NCBI GenBank assembly: GCA_051294375.1
Contig: CM119269.1
Location: 4,026,502 to 4,090,501, forward strand
Direction: 5' to 3'
DNA: 64,000 bases
Source: Paraspadella gotoi
Lineage: Eukaryota; Animalia; Chaetognatha
The notes under the pieces: generated by a model
What the model saw: only the letters and a program-made list of their open reading frames with translations
Database searches by the model: none
What the model was told of the DNA's origin: nothing
Translations under genes and position numbers: made by a program
Shown here: positions 51,683 through 64,000 of the stretch, piece after piece
Numbering within the stretch: position 1 is the stretch's first letter
Layout: each line of letters starts with the position of its first letter

Positions 51683-52864
51683 CTTAGGCTGAGCGTAGAA
51701 AGAGAGTTCCTCTTTCTTTCCATCCTTATCGTCTCCGTGATTATCGTCGCCATTATCGTCGTCGTCGGCGACGCCCCCCCTTCTACTCTCCTCGATTTCC
51801 TTTCTCGTTTCTTTCTCGTTTTCTTGTTTCTTCGATCTCGATGTTTCGTCTTTGTTGTGATGATTCCTCGTGTCTTTTGTTTCTTTGTCTTCGGCTTCGT
51901 ACCTCGGTTTTTCCTTCTCCCTCTGTCGGTCGTCTGGTAAATTAAATAGAAATTAATAATATTATTTATTTTTTATTTTTTATCTTTAAAAAAAGTTTTA
52001 ATTTAAAATCGATTTTTAAATCTAATTTAAGATGATTATTCGGCTAATTAAAAAAAAACAAAAAAACATTTCAATAAGCACATTGAGAAAATTGATGATT
52101 TAGGTCACATTCATATCAAGTTCTTATTTTCCTTACTTTTCCCATTCTACAATTTCTTTCCAATCTATTTTGAGGCAAATGATAAATGATTTCTCCGAAA
52201 ATAATTTTCAATAAAAAAGTTAATTTAGACTTAATAGCAGCCATCAGATATTTTTTTCGCTTTTGAACCGTGTTTAATATTAAACTGATTCAATCTTCAA
52301 AGAAATTTAAGCATAAAAGGATTTGAATGAAAAGAAGATTAGCATTACAAATTAAACATGTGAAATTGCCTGTAAACTTTAGCCAAAAAGGCGCTTTCGC
52401 AAAAGAAAAACACATGAAACTCAAAGGCTTAAAAATACAAATTATTTTCATTGATAATTCTCATATTTCTCACCAGAGGGCGATTTTTTGTCATCAACGG
52501 AGCGCTGGTCTTTTGTTTTTTGTCGATCGTGAATCGCGTTGGGTCGAGGCCGGGGCGCGCGGGACCCTTTGCCGTTCCTGATTAAAAGAATTTCAAATTC
52601 ATATAAATAATTATTAAATAATTAAAATAAAAGAGCTAAATAAATGAGACTGATCAGATCCCCCCCTCCTTTCAATCACCTGTTGCTGGGGAGGGATGGG
52701 ACTGATTGATTGGATCGATTGGATTTTTCGCTCCTCTGATCTGAGTGGTCGGAACTTCCTCGATCGCTGGGATTTCGCGAGCGAATCACGTTTCGAGAAT
52801 TAAACCCACGCCTTTCTTGCTTCGAAGATTGGCCGATAGGGGGCAGGTTGAATCCCGAAGCGCC
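51683..52864 (-). CDS. Three charged low-complexity exons (~52680-52864, 52474-52577, 51683-51933), probable DCDC2-like tail
   Basis: Each bounded by CAG| and |GTGA, open frames (e.g. ASGFNLPPIGQSSKQERR...); frame of the latter two ambiguous; gene assignment is inference. Confidence 0.55.
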
Positions 52865-53022
52865 TGGAGAGAGAGAGGAAAAAGATCCGTAATACGTTTT
52901 TTTTTCTTAAAAACAATCGTGAGAGGGGATTAAGTAAGTCTCTCTCTCAGGAGAGATTCTGTTTACCTCGTCTCCCGTTTAGTACGAGGCCTTCGTTAAT
53001 CCCCGTTTCCTCTCTTCTCTCT

Positions 53023-53151
<129 letters not shown>

Positions 53152-53402
53152 TCTTCTCTCTCTCTCTCTCTCCTTCTTCTCTTCTCTCTCTCTCTTTCTC
53201 TCTCTTCTTTTTTGTCCGTTAATCGGTTTTTTTTTCGTCATGGCCGTTTCCTTTTTTGCGAGAGAAAAAAAAACAGTAAAAAATATGCGATTATAACTTC
53301 TATTCACTTTTTAAAACAAAAGACCGAATAAAATTTAAAAAAAAATTTAAAAAACAAAAAAAACAAAACGAGAACAAATCAAATTGATAAAAATAAATTA
53401 AC

Positions 53403-53489
53403 CTTTGAATAAAAAACGCCGTTGGAATCGTTGGAAGGTCCGTTGTGAAGAAGGAAGTCGTCGGGGTCGGAACGTGATTCGATTTTTTC
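53403..53489 (-). CDS. DCDC2-like tail exon (EKIESRSDPDDFLLHNGPSNDSNGVFYSK)
   Basis: ATTCAG| / |GTTAAT, 87 bp phase 0-0; GVFYSK resembles DCDC2 GIFKA preceding the acidic motif. Confidence 0.55.
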
Positions 53490-54067
53490 CTGAATCGAAA
53501 ATGAATCGATGAATCGAGGAAGATGAATCGAAGAATGAAGAAAGATGAATCGAAAATGAATCGAACGAATTAACAATTGGCTGAATGGGTAAAAGAGCAG
53601 ATTGATCAATGAATTAATTAACTGAGGAGTTTTAAAACAGTTGTACATAAAAAACAGGGAGAGGGAACACACACACAAAAAAAAGGAAAAGAAAAAGAAA
53701 CTGCCTCACAAATTATTAGCAAAACGAAAGAAAAAAAAACCGTTAAAAAAAGGAGTTCCGTTCTAAGGAAAAAAGGAATAAACTAAGGAAAGGAAGGGAC
53801 GGTTTGAAATTCCAATGAAAGTGAAAACGTTTAGAAAATGAAGGCGAATTGAAAATTCCCTTCCCACGTTCCCTGTAAAGACGGCGTTCCCTAGCGACGT
53901 GATGAAAGAAAGAAATGTGAGGAGGAAGGGAGGAGAGGAAAAGAGGCAGGGGGGAGTGTGGGAGGTAGAAGGGGGCAGGTAAGGTAAGGGGGAGGGGGCG
54001 GAAGAGAGGGGAGGTAGGGGAGGAATATGGCAAGAGGAAAGTTGGCGGTCAATTGGGGCGAACAAAA

Positions 54068-54102
<35 letters not shown>

Positions 54103-54364
54103 TTATTATTTTTTTAATATCTTTATTTTATTTTTATTTATTTATTTATATAATTTATTCATTTTAAATTAGTGGCTAGAATGCCACGCTAGATAAACGG
54201 GATCGTTTGTTTGGGCAATTTGTATTCATTTCATATTTTCCCCCTATAACCGAAAACTTTAAAAAACATTTGGGTCGTTTTGAGCTCCGCTATTATCGAG
54301 GTCGCCCATAGCAATTTCTCCTCGTAAACACGGAAACTGACCAGTTTGATCGTCTCGTTTTTAC

Positions 54365-55300
54365 CTTAACGACCGGAGGGTCGTAACCGTATTCCAAGTT
54401 GGACGCCATTGGAATTTCTAGACCAGAATACGAAGGGATGGAATCGAGCACCGATGAACCCGATTGGCTGGGCTGAGCTCCTTGGACTAACGTAGGGTCA
54501 GTTTCTCCTGTTGATTAAAATCATAAAATATAAAATAGATTAGAATACATCGATCTGATGGAAGTAGTACTAATTCGAGAGCTGTAAGGATTTTTTTTTT
54601 CACGAACCTAATTGGTTGGGCTGAGCTCCTTCGATTGACGTCGGCTCAGTTTGTCCTGTTGATTAAAATTCTAAACTACTAATCAAATAATGATTTATAT
54701 TGTACGTACTTCACGATCTGAGGAAAATTTGTTTTCATAATCTAGTACTATTCTTCAGAACCTTTCATTAATAAAAACAAATTCGTTTTTGTTTTTCAAC
54801 CAGGAAAGTCAATTTGTTAGGCTTTTTGCTTTCTTTTCGTGCCATTGAATTTCCACATGATCACGTGACTATTTAAATTGTATACACGTTTTAAAAATAC
54901 CATATTCTACATACAACCGTCTCTATAATTGGATTCAACGATTATTTATATTATTTTAGCCTGTTCCATGTTAAATAATATGGATTGCTTGTGAACCCCT
55001 GTGCGTGGAGTACATCATACCAACTGGCGTAGGGGCAGCGGATTGCGGATTCTCAGCGACCGCCTCCTGTCACTGGCGTTTTAGTTACATTTAAGCCGGA
55101 ACCGGGATAACCAGAGATTAATCTTTCATCCCAATCTCACTGACAAATAAGAACGGTCGCGCCATCACCTGCTCTCTTCTTCATCTCATCCCTCCACTTG
55201 AAGTAAGCGCTCAGATTGAGAAACGGATTTTTCATTCCCCGATTTTCGAATCGCTTCTTCAGCTTCTGAAGGCGCAGGGCGTTGGAAGTAGACGTCGATT
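54365..55300 (-). CDS. Three exons 55169-55300, 54608-54655, 54365-54507 (phases 1-1, 1-1, 1-0), probable DCDC2-like tail or separate gene
   Basis: ESTSTSNALRLQKLKKRFENRGMKNPFLNLSAYFKWRDEMKKRA / GQTEPTSIEGAQPNQL / GETDPTLVQGAQPSQSG...YGYDPPVVK; canonical splice sites, continuous frame. Confidence 0.6.
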
Positions 55301-56950
55301 CTGATGGATTTTCGGAATGGGGTGATTTTTAGTAGAAAGTAAAGAGAAAAGTTATTCGCCGCAACAAAGACAAAAAGAGAAAGCCGAAGCTGCTGGCCGC
55401 TGCTGGCTCACTTTGAACGCGGTTCTTTACAAGTAAATTTGATTCCGATCAATTGGTTTGAAGTGTTTTTTTTTATAAAACATAGTACTATAGGCTGACC
55501 AAGTGAAATCACAGAAATTCCCTAATACAAATATAACAAATCGAGTTCATGTTTTGGAAAAAAAGATTGTCAAACTGACCTGCGTTGATGCGATAAAAAT
55601 GTAAACTTAATGAGCCAAATATCAAAAAAAAATTCAAGTATTTCATTTTTTATCACGGATGAAAATGTTTTTATATTTTAAATTTTTTTTCTGTTTCGAA
55701 ACTTTTTTTTTAGTTGATTCTCTTCCAAGCGACAAAAGTAACCGATGATCTGTAAATATTTATCTAATTCGGAGCAAAAAAATTTAAAAAAATATATTCC
55801 CTTAATAAATCTATTATTCTATATATGTTTCCTTGCAATAATAAAAACCTTTAAAGATTAGAATAAAATATTTAATGGCTTTTTTATTTTGTAATTTCGC
55901 GGTTTTTCCCCGTAAAGAACGAGCCATTCTGCTTTACTTGTGGACTTCTTCACTTCGCCATCGGCACTACTTTCTTAAAACGCCCCATCTATTTTTCTAA
56001 CACTAAAACTTAATTTCAACTCTTATTTTTAGCGAATATTTAACCCATTCCCGAGCCTTAACCCCTAAACTCAATACCGAGCCCTACCATAATCCCCTGA
56101 AGTTATAAGGTGAGATGCCCCATCAACGTAGGCATTATTAGAGCAATGGGACGCTTTTTGTGAAAAGATGTGTACAATGTAGTAACGTAATAAGCAGAAA
56201 ATACAATCACGTAACCAAAAAGTCAATTTATGGAAACTGATAGGATACAGATTCTGTTTCCTTTTTTTACTCTCCTGACTTTGGTAACTAAAAAAAACAA
56301 CGATTATCTTCGATGACATTCCGTTTTTATTGCTAAAAATATTAAACTTTATTGACATTAAAACGTTGATTACCTTTCCACTCCTTTTTTTTTAAATCAT
56401 TATCTTTTTAAGAGAAAATTCGTCAAAATTTCTAAAAAATCCTTTGAATCGTAAAATCTACAACGAGATACCAATCGTGATCTATTGCTAAGGCACAGAG
56501 AATGAATGATGGTCTAACAAAGGTTTTTTTCAAAAGATTTTAGTCAGGTTTTTTCGACCATCCATTGAATCCGTAACAAACCCGGGAAGAAAACCTATTA
56601 AAAATTCTATATAAAAAGACTAAAGCAAAAGCAAGAACAAAAAAAAATTCTTTCGACGAAATATTGCAATTGACTAGGAATGCATTTTATTTTTTTTTTT
56701 TTAGTTTTCGTTTATTTAAAAAATTCAAAAAAAATTCATAAAAAAGTGAAAAATTTGGTAAAAGATTGAAAATTTTTGACAAAATCGAAAATTTGATTCG
56801 TTTTTTTTTACTTCCATTACAAAAGAACGAAACGTTGTATAATATAATAAATCAACCCCCCTCCAAAAAAATACATACATACACCGCACTAAACTAAGCA
56901 AAAAAAGTTTAAAAATATCATGCTCAAATTGATCGTTTATATATTCGACG

Positions 56951-57160
56951 CTACACTTGAGCGTCATCGTCGTCAACTCGTCGCGGGTTCGAATCACTCT
57001 CTTCTTTCGCGTCGTGGGAATCGCCATCTTGCGTCTGGACCTCGTCAGGACCCGGGTTCGAGTCCCGTGCCCTTCTCTCTTCCTCCAAAGTCTTTCGAGT
57101 TGAGTAGCCCCGAAAGTTGGCCTGGATCTTCGTCGCCGCCGAATTTAAGTCCGCCGAATT
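56951..57160 (-). CDS. Terminal exon with IQ calmodulin-binding motif (AATKIQANFRGYSTRK)
   Basis: TTGCAG| phase 0, open to TAG; exact IQxxxRGxxxRK consensus. Confidence 0.85.
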   Translation of the reverse strand, partial: NSADLNSAATKIQANFRGYSTRKTLEEERRARDSNPGPDEVQTQDGDSHDAKEESDSNPRRVDDDDAQV

Positions 57161-57440
57161 CTGCAAAATGTAATTAGAAATAATCCATCATTAAAGAATT
57201 AACGTTTTTTTTATTTTAACTTTTAGCAAGCAATTCTTTTTTAATTTTGATTTTTAACAAGCAAGATATATATATGTACATATATTTAATCACCATGGTG
57301 GCTACTCTAGACTTTTATTCTCCAGTCTATGGCGAAGTTTAAAATCAAATCAAATCAAGAGGTGACCAGAGTTCATTGGCCCTCGCGAGAAATAATCAGG
57401 GTCTATTCAAAATTTAGAGTCTAAGAAATTAATTTTATTA

Positions 57441-57473
<33 letters not shown>

Positions 57474-57896
57474 TATATAATTGGTGAGGAGATTTTTAAG
57501 GGGATTTTTAGTAGAAAGTTGAGATAAAATTTATCCGTCGCAACAATTTTTGCAATCTTCTTTAATCAAGAAAAAAACCTTACGCGATAAAAAAAAAACA
57601 AAACAAAAAACCACGCAGACTATTTGACACTAATTGGACGACTTTGACTAAATCAACGGGCGCCCACTTTGTCGAGACTCGAGAGTCACGTGACTACGCA
57701 ATCAGGGGGCGCTGATTGGATGAGATTTTTTAAACGCTGGAGGGAGAGTGAGTTCCAAAAGACGAATCGTTAATTAATTACTATGAGCAAAAACCTAACA
57801 AACATGATTGTCAGAAAGTTAGTAAGTCTTTAATGGGGGGGAGGGGGAGGGGTTCATGCTTTTCACGAATCTTCTGACTTAAGCTATAAGCATGTA

Positions 57897-57990
57897 TAGA
57901 ATAGAATAGAATAGAATAGAATAGAATAGAATAGAATAGAATAGAATAGAATAGAATAGAATAGAATAGAATAGAATATAATAGAATAGA
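57897..57990. repeat. (AATAG)n pentanucleotide microsatellite
   Basis: Near-perfect run. Confidence 0.95.
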
Positions 57991-58651
57991 GGATCGAGAT
58001 CATTTTTAACCATTAATTTTTAACTCTTAGTATCACGGTAGAGTACGGTATATTTTTTCATGTATCAAAACTGCGTACAATTCAAAACAGTTTAAGAAGA
58101 CTAGCCATTAAATTGTAAATTTCTTTTGTTTGCATCTTGACATTAATTTAAAAATTAGATTTTTGACGGGATTCGGGCGTCGATGAGCTCGACTTTGTTT
58201 ACTCGAAACGACGAAGAAAGAAGCGACGAAAGCGACGACGACGACGACGACGACGACGAAAGATTAACGAGACTTCGAAAAACAAAAATAGAAGCGAGGC
58301 CGGGACAACAACAACAAAGACGACGACCACGATAAAGCCGACGACTAAAGAATGAAGAAAAGACCCTCTCATTGACAATGAGGACGACAAAAACGACGAT
58401 CAAGAAAACGATGACAATGACGAAGAAGACGACAAAGAAAACGACTGGTCCGGTCCGATAACAAGTTTTGATACTTTTGAGCTTGTTGACTAATGACTAA
58501 TGACCACGACGAAACTTGTGAAACGACCACGAAGATGACAAACTACTAGGACGACGACTACGATCAAACAAAAATTGACGACGACGACGACGACGACTAT
58601 GGCGAATGAACTTGGAATTAATCAGCGAAGGAATTAACTTTTGTTTATTAC

Positions 58652-58888
58652 CCGTCGTCCGCCGGCGTCCTCGTCATTTTCAGCCGCCTCCCTCGCGTCC
58701 TCTTCCTCCCTCTTCTCCTCCTCCACTTCCTCCCTCTTCTCCTCCTCCACTTCCTCCCTCTTCTCCTCCTCCACTTCCTCCTCCTCAACTTCCTCGTCCT
58801 CTCTCAAGTCGACGGGAATCTCCACCTTCGTCTCCTCCGTCTCCTCCACCTCTTCCTCTTCCTCCTCCTTCTTTTCCTCCTCCGCGTT
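58652..58888 (-). CDS. DCDC2: DCDC2-like acidic exon (NAEEEKKEE..VEETEETKVEIPVDLREDEEVEEE...)
   Basis: TCTCAG| / |GTAATA, 237 bp phase 0-0; matches DCDC2 C-terminal motif EVQEDEDTQVEVPVDQRPAEIVDEE. Confidence 0.75.
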
Positions 58889-59390
58889 CTGAGAGAAGAA
58901 AAGAAAAAACGGCTTGAGTGCAGCCAAGGGAGACGCTTTTGAAGAAACGGTGTCTGCACGGCGTTGTGGCGGTGGTGGGGGCGAGGTGGAGGGGCGAGGT
59001 GGAGGGGGCGAGGTGGAGGGGAGGGTTCGGGGGTGGGAGGGCAAAGCGGAGAAATAATTGGGAAAGTTTTTGGCGGATTGGTGAGAGGAAGGTTGGGCAG
59101 AAGAAAACCCATTAATTTGACTACATTAATTATCATATGCCCAAATTACCAATCGACATTTACAGACATTTACAAACATTTTTCCAAAGATTATGACTAT
59201 GTATGACTACAAAGATTAAGGACTACGTAACGTCTAGGAACTTTTTTTTATTTACAAAAAAGTGAATTGAGATAAAATTCTTCTTGAAAATTTGATTTTC
59301 ACGAGTATTCAATTCAATTTTTTTTCTTTCATTGGTGAATTGATTAAAAACTAAGATTTCAGTTTGAAATTAATCGAAAAGAGCGAAGAA

Positions 59391-59428
<38 letters not shown>

Positions 59429-61005
59429 TCTTCGGCTTCTTTCTTCCATCTACGAATAGCTCCGGGCGAAAGACTGGAAGATCGTGTCAAAGACTCTGAC
59501 GACGCCTTCGGCGACCCAAGAAGCGTAGAAAATAGTAAAACATTTTCTCGGGGCGTTCCGCTCTTTCGCACGGCCCCGCAACGCCTCCCGCCCTCCGCGG
59601 GCAAAACAAAACAACAAAAGGGTCTTTCAGTCGGAGGCGGTTGTTTTTTGTATGCGATGGCGCTCCCGTGGAAGCCTCTCAGTCCGTGAATGCGAAATGG
59701 TCTCGTGGGAAATTGGAAAAAGATCATTGGGAAAACTGTGTGTATATATATATCTCTTTCTTCTCTCTCTCTCTTCTTTCTCTCTTTCTCAATTCTTCTT
59801 GCTCTTCTCTCTTTCTCAATCTCTCTCTCTCTCAGCAACGCTCCAACATATGCATGAAGAAAAACCAAACAAAATTAAAAATTAAAAGCTTCATATTCAT
59901 TAGTATCATAATTTTTGGTTAGCTTTGCTGGCAGCTTGCCGTTTCATTCTCTTGTAAAAATGGTGGAGTCATTAATCCTCCATAGCTTGTCCAGAGTCAA
60001 GAGTTGGTTATTGATATATATATATATATAATATTTAAAATGGTTGTAATTACCATTTTCTTAGAACCCCAAGCGTGAATAATGAATATCCACTATTCCT
60101 CCTCACCATCATCACCGGTCCACTTCTCACCACTTTCTCACCCCCGTTCAACCCCCAGCCACTCTCTAAACCCACTAAATCTTCACCCCCATCCCTCCGA
60201 CTCGATTCGCCACGCTTCTCCTCCATTTGCTTCAAGGCCGCGAGAAATCGAAGACGGAAAGAGACATTAAAGTCGCCCGAAAGGATTTCCCGCCTTCCGC
60301 CTCGCTCACCTGCTCACTACTCGCCGCAACTAAAATCTGTACACGCCTGCCGCCAGGGCGCACTCTGTCTCTCTCTCTCTCTATCTCTCTCTCTCTCTCT
60401 CATCTCTCACTCACTCACTCATCTCACCTCACTCACTCACTCACTCACTCACTCACTCACTTCACTCACCACGTCACTCACTCATCACCTCTCTCTCCTC
60501 TCCTCTCTCTCTCTCTCTGTCTCTCATCCCCTCTTTCACTCTACCACCGTTAACTGCCCTCGCATTAGCCTCTATCCTTCTCTAGACGCACGAGCGGGAA
60601 CTGACTGCGTTTCTTTGCTTCGTTTACGATTTCAGCGCTAACTAATCTTCCTCCGTCGACTGTCCTTGTCTATCCTCACCTCACCCCACCATTTTGTGAG
60701 GTCACCTTCGGAGCTACCGCGCTGCTCGTCTCTGCTCACTTCGTAACCCATCTTCTCCGTCCCTCCCCGCTCCTTGATTACCTTCTTCCACGTAAGGCTC
60801 CTCGTACCTATTAATTCTACTATAATCGCACATTTTAATCAATTAATAAATAACAAAATGTGTTGTTTTGGTTGATTAATCCAACTTTATAAATCTAATG
60901 CCGTATCCTTGTCAGTTTCGAAATGACCTCGAGGAAGAGAAAAGACTTTGTCAGAGTTTTCTTCCGCTTATATTTTTTTCTCTCTCTCTTTTTTACTTTC
61001 AAGAA

Positions 61006-61090
61006 TTGCCCACAGCGGGATTGACCACAGCGGGATTGACCACCACGCGATCGACCACAACGTAATTTTAACTGATCGATTGACCACAAA
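61006..61090. repeat. 15-bp tandem repeat (TTGACCACAGCGGGA) x~4
   Basis: Directly visible. Confidence 0.7.
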
Positions 61091-61201
61091 ATGATGGAGA
61101 GGTTTTCGCCGTCCTGTTTCTTTCTTTTTTTCTTTTTTTTTGGTTAGTTGCGCAGGCGTCATTGGCGGAGACCGGAAGTTATCGTCGTCGTCATTTTTCT
61201 C

Positions 61202-61243
<42 letters not shown>

Positions 61244-62004
61244 GCCCCCTTTTTTCATAACCAAAAATGAGAAAATGGCGCCGAATCATTTTCCCCTTAG
61301 TTTCGTCGCGAGAATGAAGATTGAGTTTTAAAGGGTTTCTCATCTGAACGAGAAAAGCGGGAGATTTTGGATTGGAAATCAGGAGGAAAAAAACTTTGGA
61401 TTGAGAATTACTGTTAACTTCTGTTAACTTGTTAAGAGACACATTCTTTCTCCGTTCCATCGCATCTCACTTTTATTAACTCAGATGTTGCCTTCTTGTC
61501 GAAGGGGGAATAAAAATAAACATCATTATCATAAAAAAAGAATAAAGAAGTCGGATAAGCGCGTGGGAAGAAGATTCTTGAATACTTATTGAGATAACTA
61601 AATGAGAAGGAAAAAAAAAGACTCTTTTATGCCGAAAGAGCTAAAGGGAAGATGAAAAGGAGAAACTAGTCACGTGATACAGGAAGAAGCGAAAGATACT
61701 TGAGGTTGAATTGTCACTTGGATAAAAGGTAAAGAAGCTTAAAAAAAGAATTAACTCATTTCAAGGAGAAAAAAAAAAGAAAAAGGAAATTGAGAAAATT
61801 AAATACAAATCCTTTTTTTTTTATGAAATCAAGAAAAAACATAAAAGAAGAAAAAATTCTTTAAAATTCAAACTTGTTAATATTATTACTCAATACATTG
61901 CAAAATAGTCCGGAGAGAAAAAAACAAGAACGGTAATTCAAATGTGTTGCGCCGCAGTGACTTTCTTTTCGGAATCTTGTCTTTTATTCTTTTTAGTTTT
62001 AGGA

Positions 62005-62182
62005 TTAGTCACTTAGATTTGAGGTTTTTTCCTGTCTTAAAAAATGAGCAATCAAATATAGGCGAAATTTAAGCATTTTTAACATAAGTGGCACAGACCG
62101 ACGGACAAACATACCGACCGACAGACCGACCGACAAGTGACTTACAGAGTTGCTCCGCGAGTACCCGTGGCGCAACTAAAAA
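62005..62182 (+). mobile_element. DINE/HINE-like repeat, copy 3
   Basis: Same blocks; ends GACTTACAGAGTTGCTCCGCGAGTACCCGTGGCGCAACTAAAAA. Confidence 0.65.
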
Positions 62183-62504
62183 GGGAAAAGCTTGGAAGCA
62201 TATCAAAAAAGGAGAAGAAGAAAAAGAAAAAAAAAAGCTCGGAACGTCATCGCGATAAGGTCTTCTCTCCCGGGAGGAGGAAAAAGCAGGACGGACTTGT
62301 TTATCGGCGTCGACGACGTTGCATCTCATTAACCTCATGGGAGGAGAAGGAGGAGGAGGAGGAGGAGGAGGAGGAGGAAAAGATGGAAAAGCGAATTGAG
62401 GGTGGGTCCTGTGGAAATGAGGGCTAAGACATGGGGTAGGGGATGAAAAGCGATGGATGTACATTAAAAAAACCGCAAGCCCCCCTGTGGACAGTTTGGC
62501 GGGA

Positions 62505-62943
62505 GCGAAACCGCAGCCGTAACCGGAACGGCTGCTCGGGATGTAACTGAGGCTAATGACACATCGTCAAGGATGCACCTGCAGCCAGGGACGGAACGAC
62601 ACCGGATATCTGGCAATGCAAACATAGAGGGGGAATCGAATGGCATGCGATGACACGTTGACTACTAAATATCGTAGGACAGAATGGCAGCTTGGGAGTG
62701 AGGAAGGAACTGCCACTTGGGAAGGACTGGCAGCCGGCCAAGGAATATTAGCGGGGGACCGAATGGCAGATTAGGATGAAATGGCAGCCAGAGACGGGAT
62801 TGCAGCCGACCATGCAATGGCAACCGGAGAATTGAACGACGAATAGAAAGAACGACAGTCGAGGACGGGACAACAGTCGGGGATGGAAAAGCAGCTGGAC
62901 CTCGGTAACGGAACCGCAGGATCGGGTGGGACCGAGCGGCAGC
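62505..62943 (-). CDS. Probable exon of degenerate 18-bp units encoding P-S-x-A-A-(I/V) hexapeptides, frameshifted
   Basis: + strand AATGGCAGCCAGGGACGG-like period of 18; - strand acceptor TTTTCTTTTCGCCAG| near 62944; reads AAFPSPTVVPSSTVV...AAIPSLAAIS...PWPAASPSQVAVPS. Confidence 0.45.
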
Positions 62944-63616
62944 TGGCGAAAAGAAAAGCCGAGAATTAATTCGCTCTCCGTCCTTTTTTTATTTTGATTT
63001 ATTCCGCAGAAAATTACAACGGGCGGCGAAACAGAGATTATTTTTAGTCGCTTCCGCCGCCGCCGAGATTGAGGACGAAAGATATATCGATCCGACTCGT
63101 CTCTCCTTCTGTCTTTCCCTTTCGCACGGTTTCCATCAAACGTGACTTACAGTTGGTTGTCGAGCTTCATTGGCCGTTGGCGGCAGAGACATTGGTAATG
63201 GGGTAGAGAGTGACGAGGAGAGGAATCGTTGCATTAAGAAATGAAACCATCGAGGTCCATGTGCGAAAAGGTGGAATCCGTATAGGTTCTTTGTGGGAGA
63301 GAGAGATGTGCAATTCATTATCCAAATATCGAATAATGTAAGCGTCTGTCCGTGTGAAATAATGTTTTCACAGGTTCAGTTAAAGAAAATATAACCATTA
63401 AGATTAACCAAAACTCTTGTCGTACCTTTCGGACGGGCGACGCCTCGAACGCGGGGAGGAAAAAGGAAAGAGAGAGGAGCAGAGAGAGAGAGAGAGAGAG
63501 GAGAGAAAAGAGAGTAGAGTAGCAAGACGAGAAGAGAGAGAGAGAGAGAGGATGAGAGAGAGGTAGAGTAGAGACGAGAAGATGAGAGGAGAGAGAGCAG
63601 TAAGGAAGAAAAGAAA

Positions 63617-63685
63617 GGCTGTGAATAAGGATCGGGCTGTGAATAAGGTTCAGGCTGTGAATGAGGATCGGGCTGTGAATAAGGG
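63617..63685. repeat. 18-bp tandem repeat (GGCTGTGAATAAGGATCG) x4
   Basis: Directly visible. Confidence 0.8.
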
Positions 63686-64000
63686 TGTCGAAAGAATCGT
63701 AAACTTCCGACTAGATTTAATTTCAACTTAAACTTTTTAAAATTAATTCTATTTAATTTGGAAGTTTCTTAATTTTTGCTTGATAAATCTTTTTACAGTT
63801 TAAAATTCAAATATCATAAAAACATCGACTGAACACTCTAGATTAAAAGGTTGTTTTTTTATTGACTTTACTTTCGTCTGAACCTCTTCAACTGCAACAC
63901 ATCATAAAACCAGGGGCAAAATAAGCAACCTTCCCTCTGGGAAGCCCACGCAATATGTGGTCTCTCTGATGTGAAAGAGAAAAAAGGATGGAGAGAAAGG

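Noticed and set aside
59359-60641. 169 aa and 188 aa ORFs
   Set aside because: Extended by microsatellites, no recognisable motif or clear splice pair; may hide small exons but unsupported.

Overview
Eukaryotic (intron-containing, probably invertebrate animal) draft-genome window: AT-rich, saturated with (GA)n/(GAAA)n/(TTCA)n microsatellites, N-gaps and indel-rich gap-fill sequence; almost all ORF-track entries are microsatellite noise. Reading exons by hand recovers three real genes, all hidden because blocks of the scaffold are in the reverse order to their orientation (internal duplicate copies indicate an assembly error, not biology): (1) a giant (>3,000 aa by my estimate) protein with an N-terminal VAP-type MSP domain, Ala/Thr/Glu-rich linkers, a 20-aa tandem repeat and at least six near-identical ~262-aa His-patterned coiled-coil repeats (3.2-18.6 kb); (2) a protein with two F5/8-type-C (discoidin-like) domains (20.6-24.3 kb); (3) a DCDC2-like tandem doublecortin protein whose long tail appears to end in an IQ motif (41.3-58.9 kb). 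Also a ~5.3 kb block present three times, a non-autonomous hAT-like element with 8-bp TSD carrying a hammerhead-like relic, a presence/absence TIR element, DINE/HINE-like repeats and a recurring structured hairpin motif of unknown nature. No rRNA, tRNA or CRISPR seen.
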